Assembly: GCA_963666835.2 (NCBI GenBank)
Contig: CAXXGO010000003.1
Location: 672,001-736,000, forward strand
Direction of reading: 5' to 3'
DNA length: 64,000 nt
Origin: Phycisphaerae bacterium
GTDB lineage: Bacteria; Planctomycetota; Phycisphaerae; UBA1845
In this document: in pieces, positions 40,422 to 49,597 of the stretch
Layout of the letters: each line of letters starts with the position of its first letter
How positions within the stretch are numbered: position 1 is the stretch's first letter
Translations under genes and position numbers: made by a program
The notes under the pieces: model-generated
What the model was told of the DNA's origin: nothing
Database searches by the model: none
The model's input: the letters and a program-made list of their open reading frames with translations, nothing else

Positions 40422-40901
40422 ATGTATAAGGTAGCCAAGTGGTCGACGACGTTCATCGCGGTGATCCTGTTCCTGGGAGTATCCGGTTGCGGCACTAACG
40501 TCCAAGATATTCTGTACCAAACCGGCTCGTCCGTGGGCCGATCCTTCTACGACATGCTCTTGACCGAGATGGTTAACGACATCGCAGACGCATTCGACAC
40601 CACCGCCGATGATGCCGCGGACGACGAGGACGCCGACGATGACGGGGAAGACCCCGCGGATGACGGCGCGGATGATGATGCCGACGACGATGGGGATGAC
40701 GGGGCCGCTCCCGACGGAGCGACGCTGTACGCGGACAATTGCGCGGCATGCCACGGCGACGACGGCGCCTCCGGATTCGGACCCGATGTCACTGGGTTGT
40801 CAGCAGACGATATGGCCGCCGGCCTGGAATCCGGAACCCACGCGGGAATCAGCCTGACCGACGACGAGGTCGCGGCAATCGCGGAGCTGATGGGCGGCTA
40901 G
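40422..40901 (+). CDS. Monoheme cytochrome c lipoprotein with Asp-rich linker
   Basis: AAGGAG RBS; lipobox VSGC; ~35-residue D/A/G linker; GATLYADNCAACHG; GTHAGISL. Confidence 0.85.
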   Translation: MYKVAKWSTTFIAVILFLGVSGCGTNVQDILYQTGSSVGRSFYDMLLTEMVNDIADAFDTTADDAADDEDADDDGEDPADDGADDDADDDGDDGAAPDGATLYADNCAACHGDDGASGFGPDVTGLSADDMAAGLESGTHAGISLTDDEVAAIAELMGG

Positions 40902-41051
40902 CCCGGGTTATTCACGACATTCGCATAAACACCCGCAACCCACTGTAGTGCCGTCCCTTGTGGGAGGCGTCATGGTAAGACAGCGCGCCTCCGCGCCGGG
41001 GACAAGCCCCGGCGCTACATGGATTCACAGTCTGTGTTTCGATCGGCTGAA

Positions 41052-41852
41052 TCAGGGCAGCATCTCGTCGCCGATGTCGCGCCGCTTGTTCCCGACAATC
41101 GCCGTGTACTGAATGGGCTGCTGGCTGGTTCCGACCCTATGCTGATAGTGCTGCGTCTTGCGAACCTCAAATGTCTTGTCGGCCATGATTGACTGGATGA
41201 AGCGCGCGAAGCCGCTGGTATCGTCCTGATCAAGGAAACTCGACTTGATATTGAAAGCGATCCAACCGTCCGGCTCGATCAGGTTGAAGGCGTTGGCAAA
41301 CGCCTCGGTGGGAATATCCCCGAAACCAAGAGCTGCAACACACGTTAGGCAATTGAACTCATACCCTTCAAACCCCTTCCGATCGCTCTGATTCAGTCGC
41401 GTCATGTCGACAACGCGGTAGTCGGCATAGACACCCGGGCGATCCCGCTCCGTGGCCTCGGCGGCCGCCTCGATGATGTCCGCGCCGACTATGAACTTGA
41501 CGCCCATGTCAGCAAGTTCCTCGCCAACCATGCCGTTTCCAGCACCAAGGTCCAGCGCTCGCAGTGCGGTTGCCGGTGTGCCGGCGGCAGCCAGTTCGGC
41601 CTCAAAGAGCTTCCGGATCCTGGCCGGAGAGTCGCACTTAAGGATGTCGTAGATCAGGTGTTCGTACAGACCGGGCACAGCAAACAGCTCATCGTAGTCA
41701 TGAAGCCTGATCTCACGCCACTCGTCGTTCACGCGAACCACGCACCACTCCTCATCCTGCGTAAACGAGAAGTTTGCCGGAGGTAGCGCGATCCGGAGGT
41801 CGTTGCGTAGTGTGCTTCGATGTGCAATACGTGTGCTCGTCGCCACAGTCAT
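41052..41852 (-). CDS. Class I SAM-dependent methyltransferase
   Basis: ALDLGAGNGMVG, GADII, CVAALGFGDIP. Confidence 0.85.
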   Translation of the reverse strand: MTVATSTRIAHRSTLRNDLRIALPPANFSFTQDEEWCVVRVNDEWREIRLHDYDELFAVPGLYEHLIYDILKCDSPARIRKLFEAELAAAGTPATALRALDLGAGNGMVGEELADMGVKFIVGADIIEAAAEATERDRPGVYADYRVVDMTRLNQSDRKGFEGYEFNCLTCVAALGFGDIPTEAFANAFNLIEPDGWIAFNIKSSFLDQDDTSGFARFIQSIMADKTFEVRKTQHYQHRVGTSQQPIQYTAIVGNKRRDIGDEMLP

Positions 41853-41875
41853 TCAAGAAGCTCCTTGCGGGTCCG

Positions 41876-42454
41876 TCAGGGTATTGTTCGCGCTTTCGCG
41901 GGAATCGCATCTGCGTCGGTGGACTCGGCAGCAGGCTCGACGAGCAACACCACCGGCACGGCCGCTTGAGTGGCCGCATCCAACGGGCCGGGCACCAGCA
42001 GCGGTGAAGCATCGAGGGACTCCGCGTCCATCATCGCCGCGATGCGTTGCAGAGTGGCCAGGATCGTGGTCTGCTCCCAGTCCTCCAACCTCATCAGCTC
42101 CTGGCGAAACCGGTCTTGCAGAAGCGACGGAGCTGCCGCCAAAACGTCTTCCCCGTCTCGAGTGAGGCGGACGGTAACACTTCGCCGGTCGTGCCCGTTC
42201 CGGGTTCGATCTACCAACCCTCTCTTCGTGAGCCGATCCAGGATCCCCGTAACCGTTGGCCCGCTGAGGTGGACCGCTCGGGCTAAGGTGCCGGTAGACG
42301 ATTCGCCCAGGTTGGCCGCAGCTTGCAGGGTCGCCAACTGCGGTCCGGTAAGACCATGCTCCTCAGCAAGCCTGCGAGAATGGAGATCGACGGCGCGCAT
42401 GATCCGGCGAATCGCCGCGACGATCTGATTCTCCATGCTGAGCGTGTTTCCCAC
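41876..42454 (-). CDS. MarR-family transcriptional regulator (EctR-like)
   Basis: AIRRIMRAVDLHSRRL..HGLTGPQL, TVTGILDRL, DRRSV.V.LT..G, APSLLQ. Confidence 0.9.
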   Translation of the reverse strand: MGNTLSMENQIVAAIRRIMRAVDLHSRRLAEEHGLTGPQLATLQAAANLGESSTGTLARAVHLSGPTVTGILDRLTKRGLVDRTRNGHDRRSVTVRLTRDGEDVLAAAPSLLQDRFRQELMRLEDWEQTTILATLQRIAAMMDAESLDASPLLVPGPLDAATQAAVPVVLLVEPAAESTDADAIPAKARTIP

Positions 42455-43156
42455 GTCGGCTCTTCCGCAAAAAGCACCGCGTTCGATTAGTTACGATCCG
42501 ATATGCTAGGACACTAGCGATTTTCCGTCAAGCCAGACAGGCCTCACACACAGCGAATCTTATAACCTATTCTGGCCGTGGCACTTACGCTACCCCTCGC
42601 ACATATCCCCCAGCGATCTCCCCTCCTTTCTTGTTTCTGTACGAAGTACATTTCGCGGTTGTAACGCCCGTCTGGCGTCCGAATCGTTCGATGCTTATGA
42701 TCGTAAACTGCGGCCTGTGGCAGGAACTGGACGCAGCAATCGGTAACGCGGCGTTATCGCATGCCCCGGGCCCACTGGAATTCTCGCCGGAGACGGATGT
42801 CCTCGCGGCACCGCGGTGCCGGGCTTCTGCTGATCCCATGATTCGACAGACCTAACCAAGACGTTCAACAAGAGGTATCAATCCGTGGGACACCATCCCC
42901 CGACCCCGCGTCATCCGCACCAACTTAACCATCCGGCAGTTAGGCCGGTCCGGTCGGCCCGACGCGCCCTCAAAATCGAACTACGCAGCTTCGATGTTTG
43001 CGACGACGTGGCCTCAATCTGTCCGCAACCAACGCTTCCATCCAGCTCATGTCGCCGGGGCCATTCCGGCGTCGCTGCGGACCGCGGGAACCCCGACTAC
43101 CTGGGGCCCCCGCGGCCACACAAAATCACACGCTCAGGCAGAGCTTCCCAGAAACG

Positions 43157-46100
43157 CTAGGGGCAATCCGCGGGGGCACTAAACGGATACGGCTCGCCCT
43201 TGAAGGCGCTAACGCAACGCTGAACATCCGTCATGTTCACGATCTTGTTCGGCACCTCGGCGTCCAGGTCGACCCAGGTCAGATGCGGCGCGGTCTCCAG
43301 ACCCGAGAAGGCCTGCAGGATTGCCTGGATGTCACTCATGTTAACAACGCCGTTGGGCGGCTCCCACGTCCCGTTGAATCCGCCAACCACGTCACCCCAA
43401 TACTTAACACCCGGCTTCGCGATCGTGTTCACAGTCAGCGACTCAGAGAAACCAATTCCATCGGTCGTCGAAGTGATCGCGTACTCGGCCACTGGAGTGA
43501 TCATACAATCGCCCACATGCACGACCGCTGGCCAAGCGTCGCTGTAGTGCGCGGCGCGGACCACACGAGATATGTTGTTCCCATCCGGCTCGCCAACCCA
43601 TCCGTACACACCCACCGAACCGGGGAAATACTCACTGCCCGCCAACTCCACCAGGAAGGCGACGTTCGTCCCGGCGTTGTTCGGATCGAAGGAGATGTAG
43701 CGGTTCTTGCCCACATCATGTGGCGGCGGTGCGTCATCAGGAGGCTCTCCGACCCCGCCGGGGGCGATTCTCAACGTCACGCCACCGAAGTTGTCTCCGC
43801 ACGCGAGATCGCTAATCCAGAAGTAAACCGTATCTGCCGCCGGGAGAGTGATAGTCATCGACATCCCCAGGCTGGCGGCCAATGCTTCTTGTGCCGTAGG
43901 ATACTCCAGCCCCGTCGGGTTCCATGCGATGTCCAAGACGCCGGGAACGGTTATATTCACCTCCCACCGCCAGTCGAACTCGCTTCCGCGTTTGTAGGCA
44001 TCGAAGTGGTCGTCTGGATTATCCACAACAGTAAGCGTATACGTCCCGGCTTCCAGCCAGACAGGTTCTCCCGAGGTGGCACTCGTCCCGCAGTCCTCCA
44101 TGCTGTCGACTTCTACGAGAACACCCGCGCCTCCCGAGCCAAACATGTACACCGACCCGGAATCAGCGCCGTCATCATCGTTCTCGGCGGCCCCAACAAC
44201 GACAGTCTCTCCAGAAACGGCCACACAACGCCCAAAACCGTCGCCTGCAGCAGCGTCGGAAGCCGTCAAGTTCTGCTCTTCCACCCAGGCGGAGCCATTG
44301 TAGTGGAAAACATAGGCCGAGCCGGAGTTGACACCGTCGTCATCGTTGCCACTAGCCCCGATTATCGCGGTACCCCCGGACAGATCCACCGGCGAGCCGA
44401 AGCCATCGCCGTCCGCGGCGTCCGAAGCCAGTAACTTCTGAACCTGTATCCAAGTCGATCCGTTGAATTCGAACACGTACACCGCGCCTGCATTGTTGCC
44501 CGCACCGTCATGGCCATGTGCCCCAGCCATGGCGATGTCACCGGAGATAGCCACCGCATCGTAAACGCCGAGTTCGTCCTCCGCCGCACCGTCAGAGGCC
44601 ATCAACTTCGCTTCCTCGACCCAGCTGGAACCGTTGTAGCGAAACACATACGCGGCACCCGTATTGTTACCGACACCGTCACCCCAATCTCCCCATGCAC
44701 CAACAATCGCCGTCTCACCGGAGATGTCCACCGACAGGCCGAACTCGTCCCAGGCTTCGCCGTCGGACGCCGTCAGTTTCTGTTCTTCAACCCATGTCGA
44801 ACCGTTATAGCGGAAGATGTACGCTGCCCCCGTTCGACTTCCGTTGTCGGCGTCGTACGGAGCACCAACAATGATGGTGTCTCCGCTTGTCGCTACAGCC
44901 AAGCCGAACTGATCTGAAGTGGCGCCATCAGAAGCCAGTAGTTCCTGTTCCTCCATCCAGGTCAAACCGTTGAAACGGAACACGTAAGCCGATCCGGCAT
45001 CGCTCCCGTACCCTCGGCCAATCACCGCAACATCACCACAGATACCCGACGAGAAACCGAACTCGTTCCCAGCTACGCCGTTCGAAGCCGTCAGCTTCTG
45101 CTCCTCGATCCAGGTTGGCCCGCTGCTGCGGAACATGTACACCGACCCGGAATCAGCGCCGTCATCATCGTTCTCGGCGGCCCCAACAACGACAGTCTCT
45201 CCAGAAACGGCCACACAACGCCCAAAACCGTCGCCTGCAGCAGCGTCGGAAGCCGTCAAGTTCTGCTCTTCCACCCAGGCGGAGCCATTGTAGTGGAAAA
45301 CATAGGCCGAGCCGGAGTTGACACCGTCGTCATCGTTGCCACTAGCCCCGATTATCGCGGTACCCCCGGACAGATCCACCGGCGAGCCGAAGCCATCGCC
45401 GTCCGCGGCGTCCGAAGCCAGTAACTTCTGAACCTGTATCCAAGTCGATCCGTTGAATTCGAACACGTACACCGCGCCTGCATTGTTGCCCGCACCGTCA
45501 TGGCCATGTGCCCCAGCCATGGCGATGTCACCGGAGATAGCCACCGCATCGTAAACGCCGAGTTCGTCCTCCGCCGCACCGTCAGAGGCCATCAACTTCG
45601 CTTCCTCGACCCAGCTGGAACCGTTGTAGCGAAACACATACGCGGCACCCGTATTGTTACCGACACCGTCACCCCAATCTCCCCATGCACCAACAATCGC
45701 CGTCTCACCGGAGATGTCCACCGACAGGCCGAACTCGTCCCAGGCTTCGCCGTCGGACGCCGTCAGTTTCTGTTCTTCAACCCATGTCGAACCGTTATAG
45801 CGGAAGATGTACGCTGCCCCCGTTCGACTTCCGTTGTCGGCGTCGTACGGAGCACCAACAATGATGGTGTCTCCGCTTGTCGCTACAGCCAAGCCGAACT
45901 GATCTGAAGTGGCGCCATCAGAAGCCAGTAGTTCCTGTTCCTCCATCCAGGTCAAACCGTTGAAACGGAACACGTAAGCCGATCCGGCATCGCTCCCGTA
46001 CCCTCGGCCAATCACCGCAACATCACCACAGATACCCGACGAGAAACCGAACTCGTTCCCAGCTACGCCGTTCGAAGCCGTCAGCTTCTGCTCCTCGATC

Positions 46101-46675
46101 CAGTCCGATCCGCCATAACGGAGAATATACGCCGCTCCGGCGTCACTGCCGTTGTCATCGTCGCCCGTAGCACCGACCACGGCCGCATTGCCGGATATTT
46201 CCACGGATTGCCCATAACGGTCCCCCGCAGCAGCGTCCGAGGCGGTCAGCTTCTGCTCCTCGCTCCAGTCCGATCCGCCATAACGGAGAATATAGGCCGC
46301 CCCGGCGTCACTGCCGTTGTCATCGTCGCCCGTAGCGCCGAGCACGGCCGCATTGCCGGATATTTCCACGGATTGCCCATAACGGTCCTCCGCAGCAGCG
46401 TCCGAGGCGGTCAGCTTCTGCTCCTCGCTCCAGTCCGATCCGCCATAACGGAGGACGTACGCCGCCCCGGAATCACTGCCGTTGTCATCGTCGCCCGTGG
46501 CGCCAACTACGGATGCATTGCCGGAGATTCCCACAGACTGCCCGTACCGGTCCCCCGCAGCAGCATCGGGGGCGGTAAACTTGGCTTGTTCGCCCCACTG
46601 GGCCAAACTCACCCCCGATACCGCGCTCAAAATCAACATGACCGCTAGCATTGACCTGCCTATCTGACCTGACAT
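43157..46675 (-). CDS. Large secreted FG-GAP (integrin-like) repeat protein with a C-terminal dockerin-like domain
   Basis: AAGGAG RBS, signal peptide; about 15 repeats of W.EEQKL.ASD..A.D.FG.SV.ISG...VVGA..DDD.G..SG.AY.F; C-terminal KNRYISF...WGDVVG...VNMSDI. Confidence 0.92.
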   Translation of the reverse strand: MSGQIGRSMLAVMLILSAVSGVSLAQWGEQAKFTAPDAAAGDRYGQSVGISGNASVVGATGDDDNGSDSGAAYVLRYGGSDWSEEQKLTASDAAAEDRYGQSVEISGNAAVLGATGDDDNGSDAGAAYILRYGGSDWSEEQKLTASDAAAGDRYGQSVEISGNAAVVGATGDDDNGSDAGAAYILRYGGSDWIEEQKLTASNGVAGNEFGFSSGICGDVAVIGRGYGSDAGSAYVFRFNGLTWMEEQELLASDGATSDQFGLAVATSGDTIIVGAPYDADNGSRTGAAYIFRYNGSTWVEEQKLTASDGEAWDEFGLSVDISGETAIVGAWGDWGDGVGNNTGAAYVFRYNGSSWVEEAKLMASDGAAEDELGVYDAVAISGDIAMAGAHGHDGAGNNAGAVYVFEFNGSTWIQVQKLLASDAADGDGFGSPVDLSGGTAIIGASGNDDDGVNSGSAYVFHYNGSAWVEEQNLTASDAAAGDGFGRCVAVSGETVVVGAAENDDDGADSGSVYMFRSSGPTWIEEQKLTASNGVAGNEFGFSSGICGDVAVIGRGYGSDAGSAYVFRFNGLTWMEEQELLASDGATSDQFGLAVATSGDTIIVGAPYDADNGSRTGAAYIFRYNGSTWVEEQKLTASDGEAWDEFGLSVDISGETAIVGAWGDWGDGVGNNTGAAYVFRYNGSSWVEEAKLMASDGAAEDELGVYDAVAISGDIAMAGAHGHDGAGNNAGAVYVFEFNGSTWIQVQKLLASDAADGDGFGSPVDLSGGTAIIGASGNDDDGVNSGSAYVFHYNGSAWVEEQNLTASDAAAGDGFGRCVAVSGETVVVGAAENDDDGADSGSVYMFGSGGAGVLVEVDSMEDCGTSATSGEPVWLEAGTYTLTVVDNPDDHFDAYKRGSEFDWRWEVNITVPGVLDIAWNPTGLEYPTAQEALAASLGMSMTITLPAADTVYFWISDLACGDNFGGVTLRIAPGGVGEPPDDAPPPHDVGKNRYISFDPNNAGTNVAFLVELAGSEYFPGSVGVYGWVGEPDGNNISRVVRAAHYSDAWPAVVHVGDCMITPVAEYAITSTTDGIGFSESLTVNTIAKPGVKYWGDVVGGFNGTWEPPNGVVNMSDIQAILQAFSGLETAPHLTWVDLDAEVPNKIVNMTDVQRCVSAFKGEPYPFSAPADCP
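44142..46103. repeat. Intragenic tandem duplication, 2 x 972 bp (period 990)
   Basis: 44142-45113 appears identical to 45132-46103; shadow ORFs repeat exactly at +990 (44362/45352, 44510/45500); 18-bp unique linker. Confidence 0.92.
46081..46575. repeat. Three near-identical 165-bp FG-GAP units
   Basis: TCAGCTTCTGCTCCTCG at 46081, 46246 and 46411. Confidence 0.85.
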
Positions 46676-47269
46676 GTAGACACGCTCCTTCTCTTGGGTT
46701 CGGTTAGGCGTAACGGCTTGGCATAACGGCCTTGACGTTCAACCGACCGCATCATGCTGGCGGTTGATTCAGCCTGCCGGGGCCACCGCAGCAGTGCCGT
46801 ACCTCAGACATGCCATTACGTTCCCTCCCGGAACATGAAACCTGCGCGGCCGGCAGGACACGATGCCCCTCCGAGGCTGCGCAACAGATGAACTGCCTAG
46901 ATTATCAGACCAAGGGGCAGGTTTCAACCCCCGATCCAGTGCCACTGAACCATGAACGAAAATAGTCGGAGATTCGACGCTGCAGACGCAAGGAAAGTGG
47001 CTGACTCAAGCGTCTTGCGCCAGCCAGCCACAAGGTCACCAGGACAATGGAACGGTGTCTCTAACCGGCATGAGATGACGAAGGGCCCGTTGGCGCGATA
47101 CTCGCGGCTGGCGCCCCCCACCAGGCTGCCTGTGAGGCCGTTTCGAAAACCGTTTAAGATAGACCCGGACACCGCCCGAGAAGCACGATTCGGGGGTGTG
47201 CGGGTGTTGCTTGCGCTGTTGGGCGGGCGTAGGACCTTCACACTCAGCGCAGAACCTCGATGCTCCTTA

Positions 47270-47345
47270 GAGTAGTCTTGACCGTCGATCCGAACGACGG
47301 CTTGACCGGTGGGCCTGTGCAAGCGGTAGTCTGGAGTCCTGGCAA
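47270..47345 (-). pseudogene. N-terminal remnant of a planctomycete-type tyrosine integrase
   Basis: Translates ARTPDYRLHRPTGQAVVRIDGQDY, the typical YRxHxxSGQAxVxxxGxDxY integrase N-terminus; similarity stops right after. Confidence 0.55.
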
Positions 47346-47361
47346 GTTATTGATGAAGCGC

Positions 47362-48248
47362 TCAGCCGGGGATGTCAGCGGCGGTCGGGCCGCCACGGAT
47401 GTCGCCGTCGATCCTAATCGAATGCCCGAAGAACAGATCCCCATCATTGTGCCAGAACTCAAATGAGCCGTCCGGATAGACCGTGACCGCTTCAAGCGTC
47501 ATCCTGTCCTTGAATCGCTCAGGGGTGACTTCCGCTTCGAGGTCCTCGAGCCATGTGTCGTTTTTCAACGGAAGCAGCTCTTGCACAGCGAACTGACGGA
47601 TACGTCCGTCCCATTCATCCTGTGACTGCCAGAGGGAATGCGCCGTCGCCAGGGCATTCTGCACATCTTCTGGCTCTTCTGCCGCTAGTTGAATGTCTAC
47701 AGGCTTTCCTCTCCATGTTGTGTCGGCCTCGTGTCGTTCATCACGCGCCGGTCAAGTGTGAAGACACCGAAAACATGATCATCGAACGTGACCGGCTTCT
47801 GCAAACGGATCACCCACTCGTTCAGTTCTACATCGGACTCTTCGTTACCGACGATTCCAACAAGCAGCGACTCAGGATTGCCAGACTCGGTCTTCTCGGC
47901 AAGATGGGCTCGAATGTGCAGGACCGCGTATGGCTTGATCTGGTCTATGTACTGCCTCAGTGCTTCCCGCGTTACTTGGCGTTGGACCCTGAGCTCGTCG
48001 GTCCTCACATGTGCGCCCTCGGCGCGCCACGCCGCGAATGCGAACCTCAGGGCCCATTGTTCTTCACCGAACGCCTGCCCCCCACCAGCACCACTGGCGT
48101 TAACAACACCGATTAGATTGACCACTGGAGATGCCGCGAGCTGCTGCTCCAGGCACCTCTGCCTCGACTCCATTTCGGCGAAAAAGTCCGGTTCGTCTGA
48201 CATCTCTCCCGCGAGCCTCACCGCAATCTGAACTGCAACAATGGTCAA
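47362..48248 (-). pseudogene. DUF2262-family protein split by a frameshift near 47750
   Basis: First frame ends FGVFTLDRRV; second frame continues HEADTTWRGKPV...LKNDTWL...WHNDGDLFFGHSI (DUF2262 C-terminal motif). Confidence 0.7.
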
Positions 48249-48490
48249 TGCTCTCCCGAGAATCTCACGAATGCTCTGCTCACGTTAGCCGGTCATCCTG
48301 CCCGGAAGAAGCGCGGCTTCAGCGGGGATGCCCACATCCCACTCCCTCTTGCCCCAACCCAAGGCTGTCGATCCGTCTGCCAGCCTGGGGAGTCGAGATT
48401 AGGCGCCAAACCGGCTCTGGGGGAAGCGGATCGGGGCATTAGGCAAGAGAAGAAGCATGGTACGCCGTTATCTCACAGGGCTCTTGAGCC

Positions 48491-48510
48491 TGGGCGATGA
48501 AGGGCTCGAA
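48491..48510 (-). pseudogene. tRNA 3'-end fragment (Val-like), att-like
   Basis: Reverse complement TTCGAGCCCTTCATCGCCCA = T-loop, T-stem and acceptor 3' strand. Confidence 0.5.
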
Positions 48511-48616
48511 AGGCCTCGCCACCTCATAATCTATTTCTCTGTCATGACTTACAGACGGACGCGGCATCGATCTTGTCGCGCAATGTCCATCCTTAGTTCT
48601 CGACCCAGAAACGCAC

Positions 48617-48642
48617 TGGGCGATACAGGACTCGAACCTGTG
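48617..48642 (-). pseudogene. tRNA 3'-end fragment (Val-like), att core
   Basis: Reverse complement CACAGGTTCGAGTCCTGTATCGCCCA: full T-arm plus acceptor strand; no 5' half present. Confidence 0.75.
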
Positions 48643-48683
48643 CGTACCCCCATTAGAGAGCTCTAAACGCGGTTTTTGGGGAG

Positions 48684-48706
48684 CTTTAGGTCATCCCTTT
48701 AGGTCA
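48684..48706. repeat. Tandem direct repeat, integrase arm-site-like
   Basis: CTTTAGGTCA x2, period 13, ~40 bp from the tRNA fragment. Confidence 0.55.
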
Positions 48707-48868
48707 CCCAGCCTCGACGTTCGGGCGGGCGTAATCAACCCTGTGCTCCCTCTCATGTTTGGGTCAGATCGCGACCTGAAACGACAGTGAAAATGGACTC
48801 TCTCATGTCACCCTGATGTTGTCATCTCTAGTCAGATCGCTCAACTTATTCCCGCGTGCTCTGGGACT

Positions 48869-48893
48869 TGGAACGGATGGCAATCGAACCCAC
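48869..48893 (-). pseudogene. Degenerate tRNA 3'-end fragment (Ala-like), att-like
   Basis: Reverse complement GTGGGTTCGATTGCCATCCGTTCCA. Confidence 0.5.
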
Positions 48894-48955
48894 TCGAATT
48901 TCGTCACTCAGCGTTTTTCGCCGCTTTCTAGCTGCAATTATAGGTCCCAAAGACG

Positions 48956-48978
48956 AATTCTATACCTAATTCTATACC
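48956..48978. repeat. Tandem direct repeat, integrase arm-site-like
   Basis: AATTCTATACC x2, period 12. Confidence 0.55.
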
Positions 48979-49321
48979 CCCACCTCGGTCCTCTGTACGG
49001 TTAATATTGTGGTCATCATACTGGGGAGAACGGAAGCGCATCGAGAGTCGGCGGAGCTCGTAATCCTCACACTTGTGAGCGGCGGATGTTCCCGAAACCG
49101 CTGATTGGGCGATGCCTGTCTACACCACGGCTCCGCCTAGCCTCACCACCAAGCTGTCCTGTCTGCCGTCTTGCGTTGCGTCCGTTGGCTCAGTTCCATC
49201 GAGACGCGAGCGATCGGCGGACCGGTGCTCGCATCGGCACACCGAGGTTGTCGCTGGCACTATGATGTGTTGGAGAAGCTGCGATGGTCTGGAATGTCTC
49301 GCCTATCCTGATCCGTATCCT

Positions 49322-49376
49322 CGTCGGACCTCGCACCACACTCCGGAGGTGCCAGGTTCGAGTGCTGCCCCCACTA
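49322..49376 (+). pseudogene. Degenerate 3' half of an initiator tRNA-Met-like gene
   Basis: CCGGAGGTGCCAGGTTCGAGTGCTGCCCCCACTA resembles tRNA-fMet CCGGAGGTC.CAGGTTC.A.TCCTGCCCCCGCTA. Confidence 0.45.
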
Positions 49377-49597
49377 TTATAAGCACTTGTCAGATTAGAA
49401 CTTATGTTCATCCCGAGCTTCTCTTAGGTCAAAGCAACAGCCCCCCACTTGGAGGTGCGGTTTTCTCGCCAATCCTCAGCCTCACAGACAGTCAATCCCC
49501 ACTGATTTCTGCGTTGATCGGCTGGTGGCGTTTGATGTAGGATTGGACTGCCGTATCTTGCTTCAACTGCGCGAGCCTTGTCTTGGAGGGCAAACAG

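Noticed and set aside
42998..44434. 478-aa plus-strand ORF (likewise 37296-38414 and 6523-7374)
   Set aside because: Antisense shadows of well-supported genes on the opposite strand.
44142..46103. Repeat pair as DGR template/variable region
   Set aside because: The copies look identical (no adenine-specific mismatches), both are in-frame within one gene, and no reverse transcriptase is in the window.
46707..46730. Direct repeat GGC(G/A)TAACGGC upstream of the FG-GAP gene
   Set aside because: Only two short copies; it could be a regulator site, but there is no further support.
48480..49400. Intact tRNA genes
   Set aside because: Only T-arm and acceptor 3' parts are present; no D-arm or 5' acceptor strand could be found.
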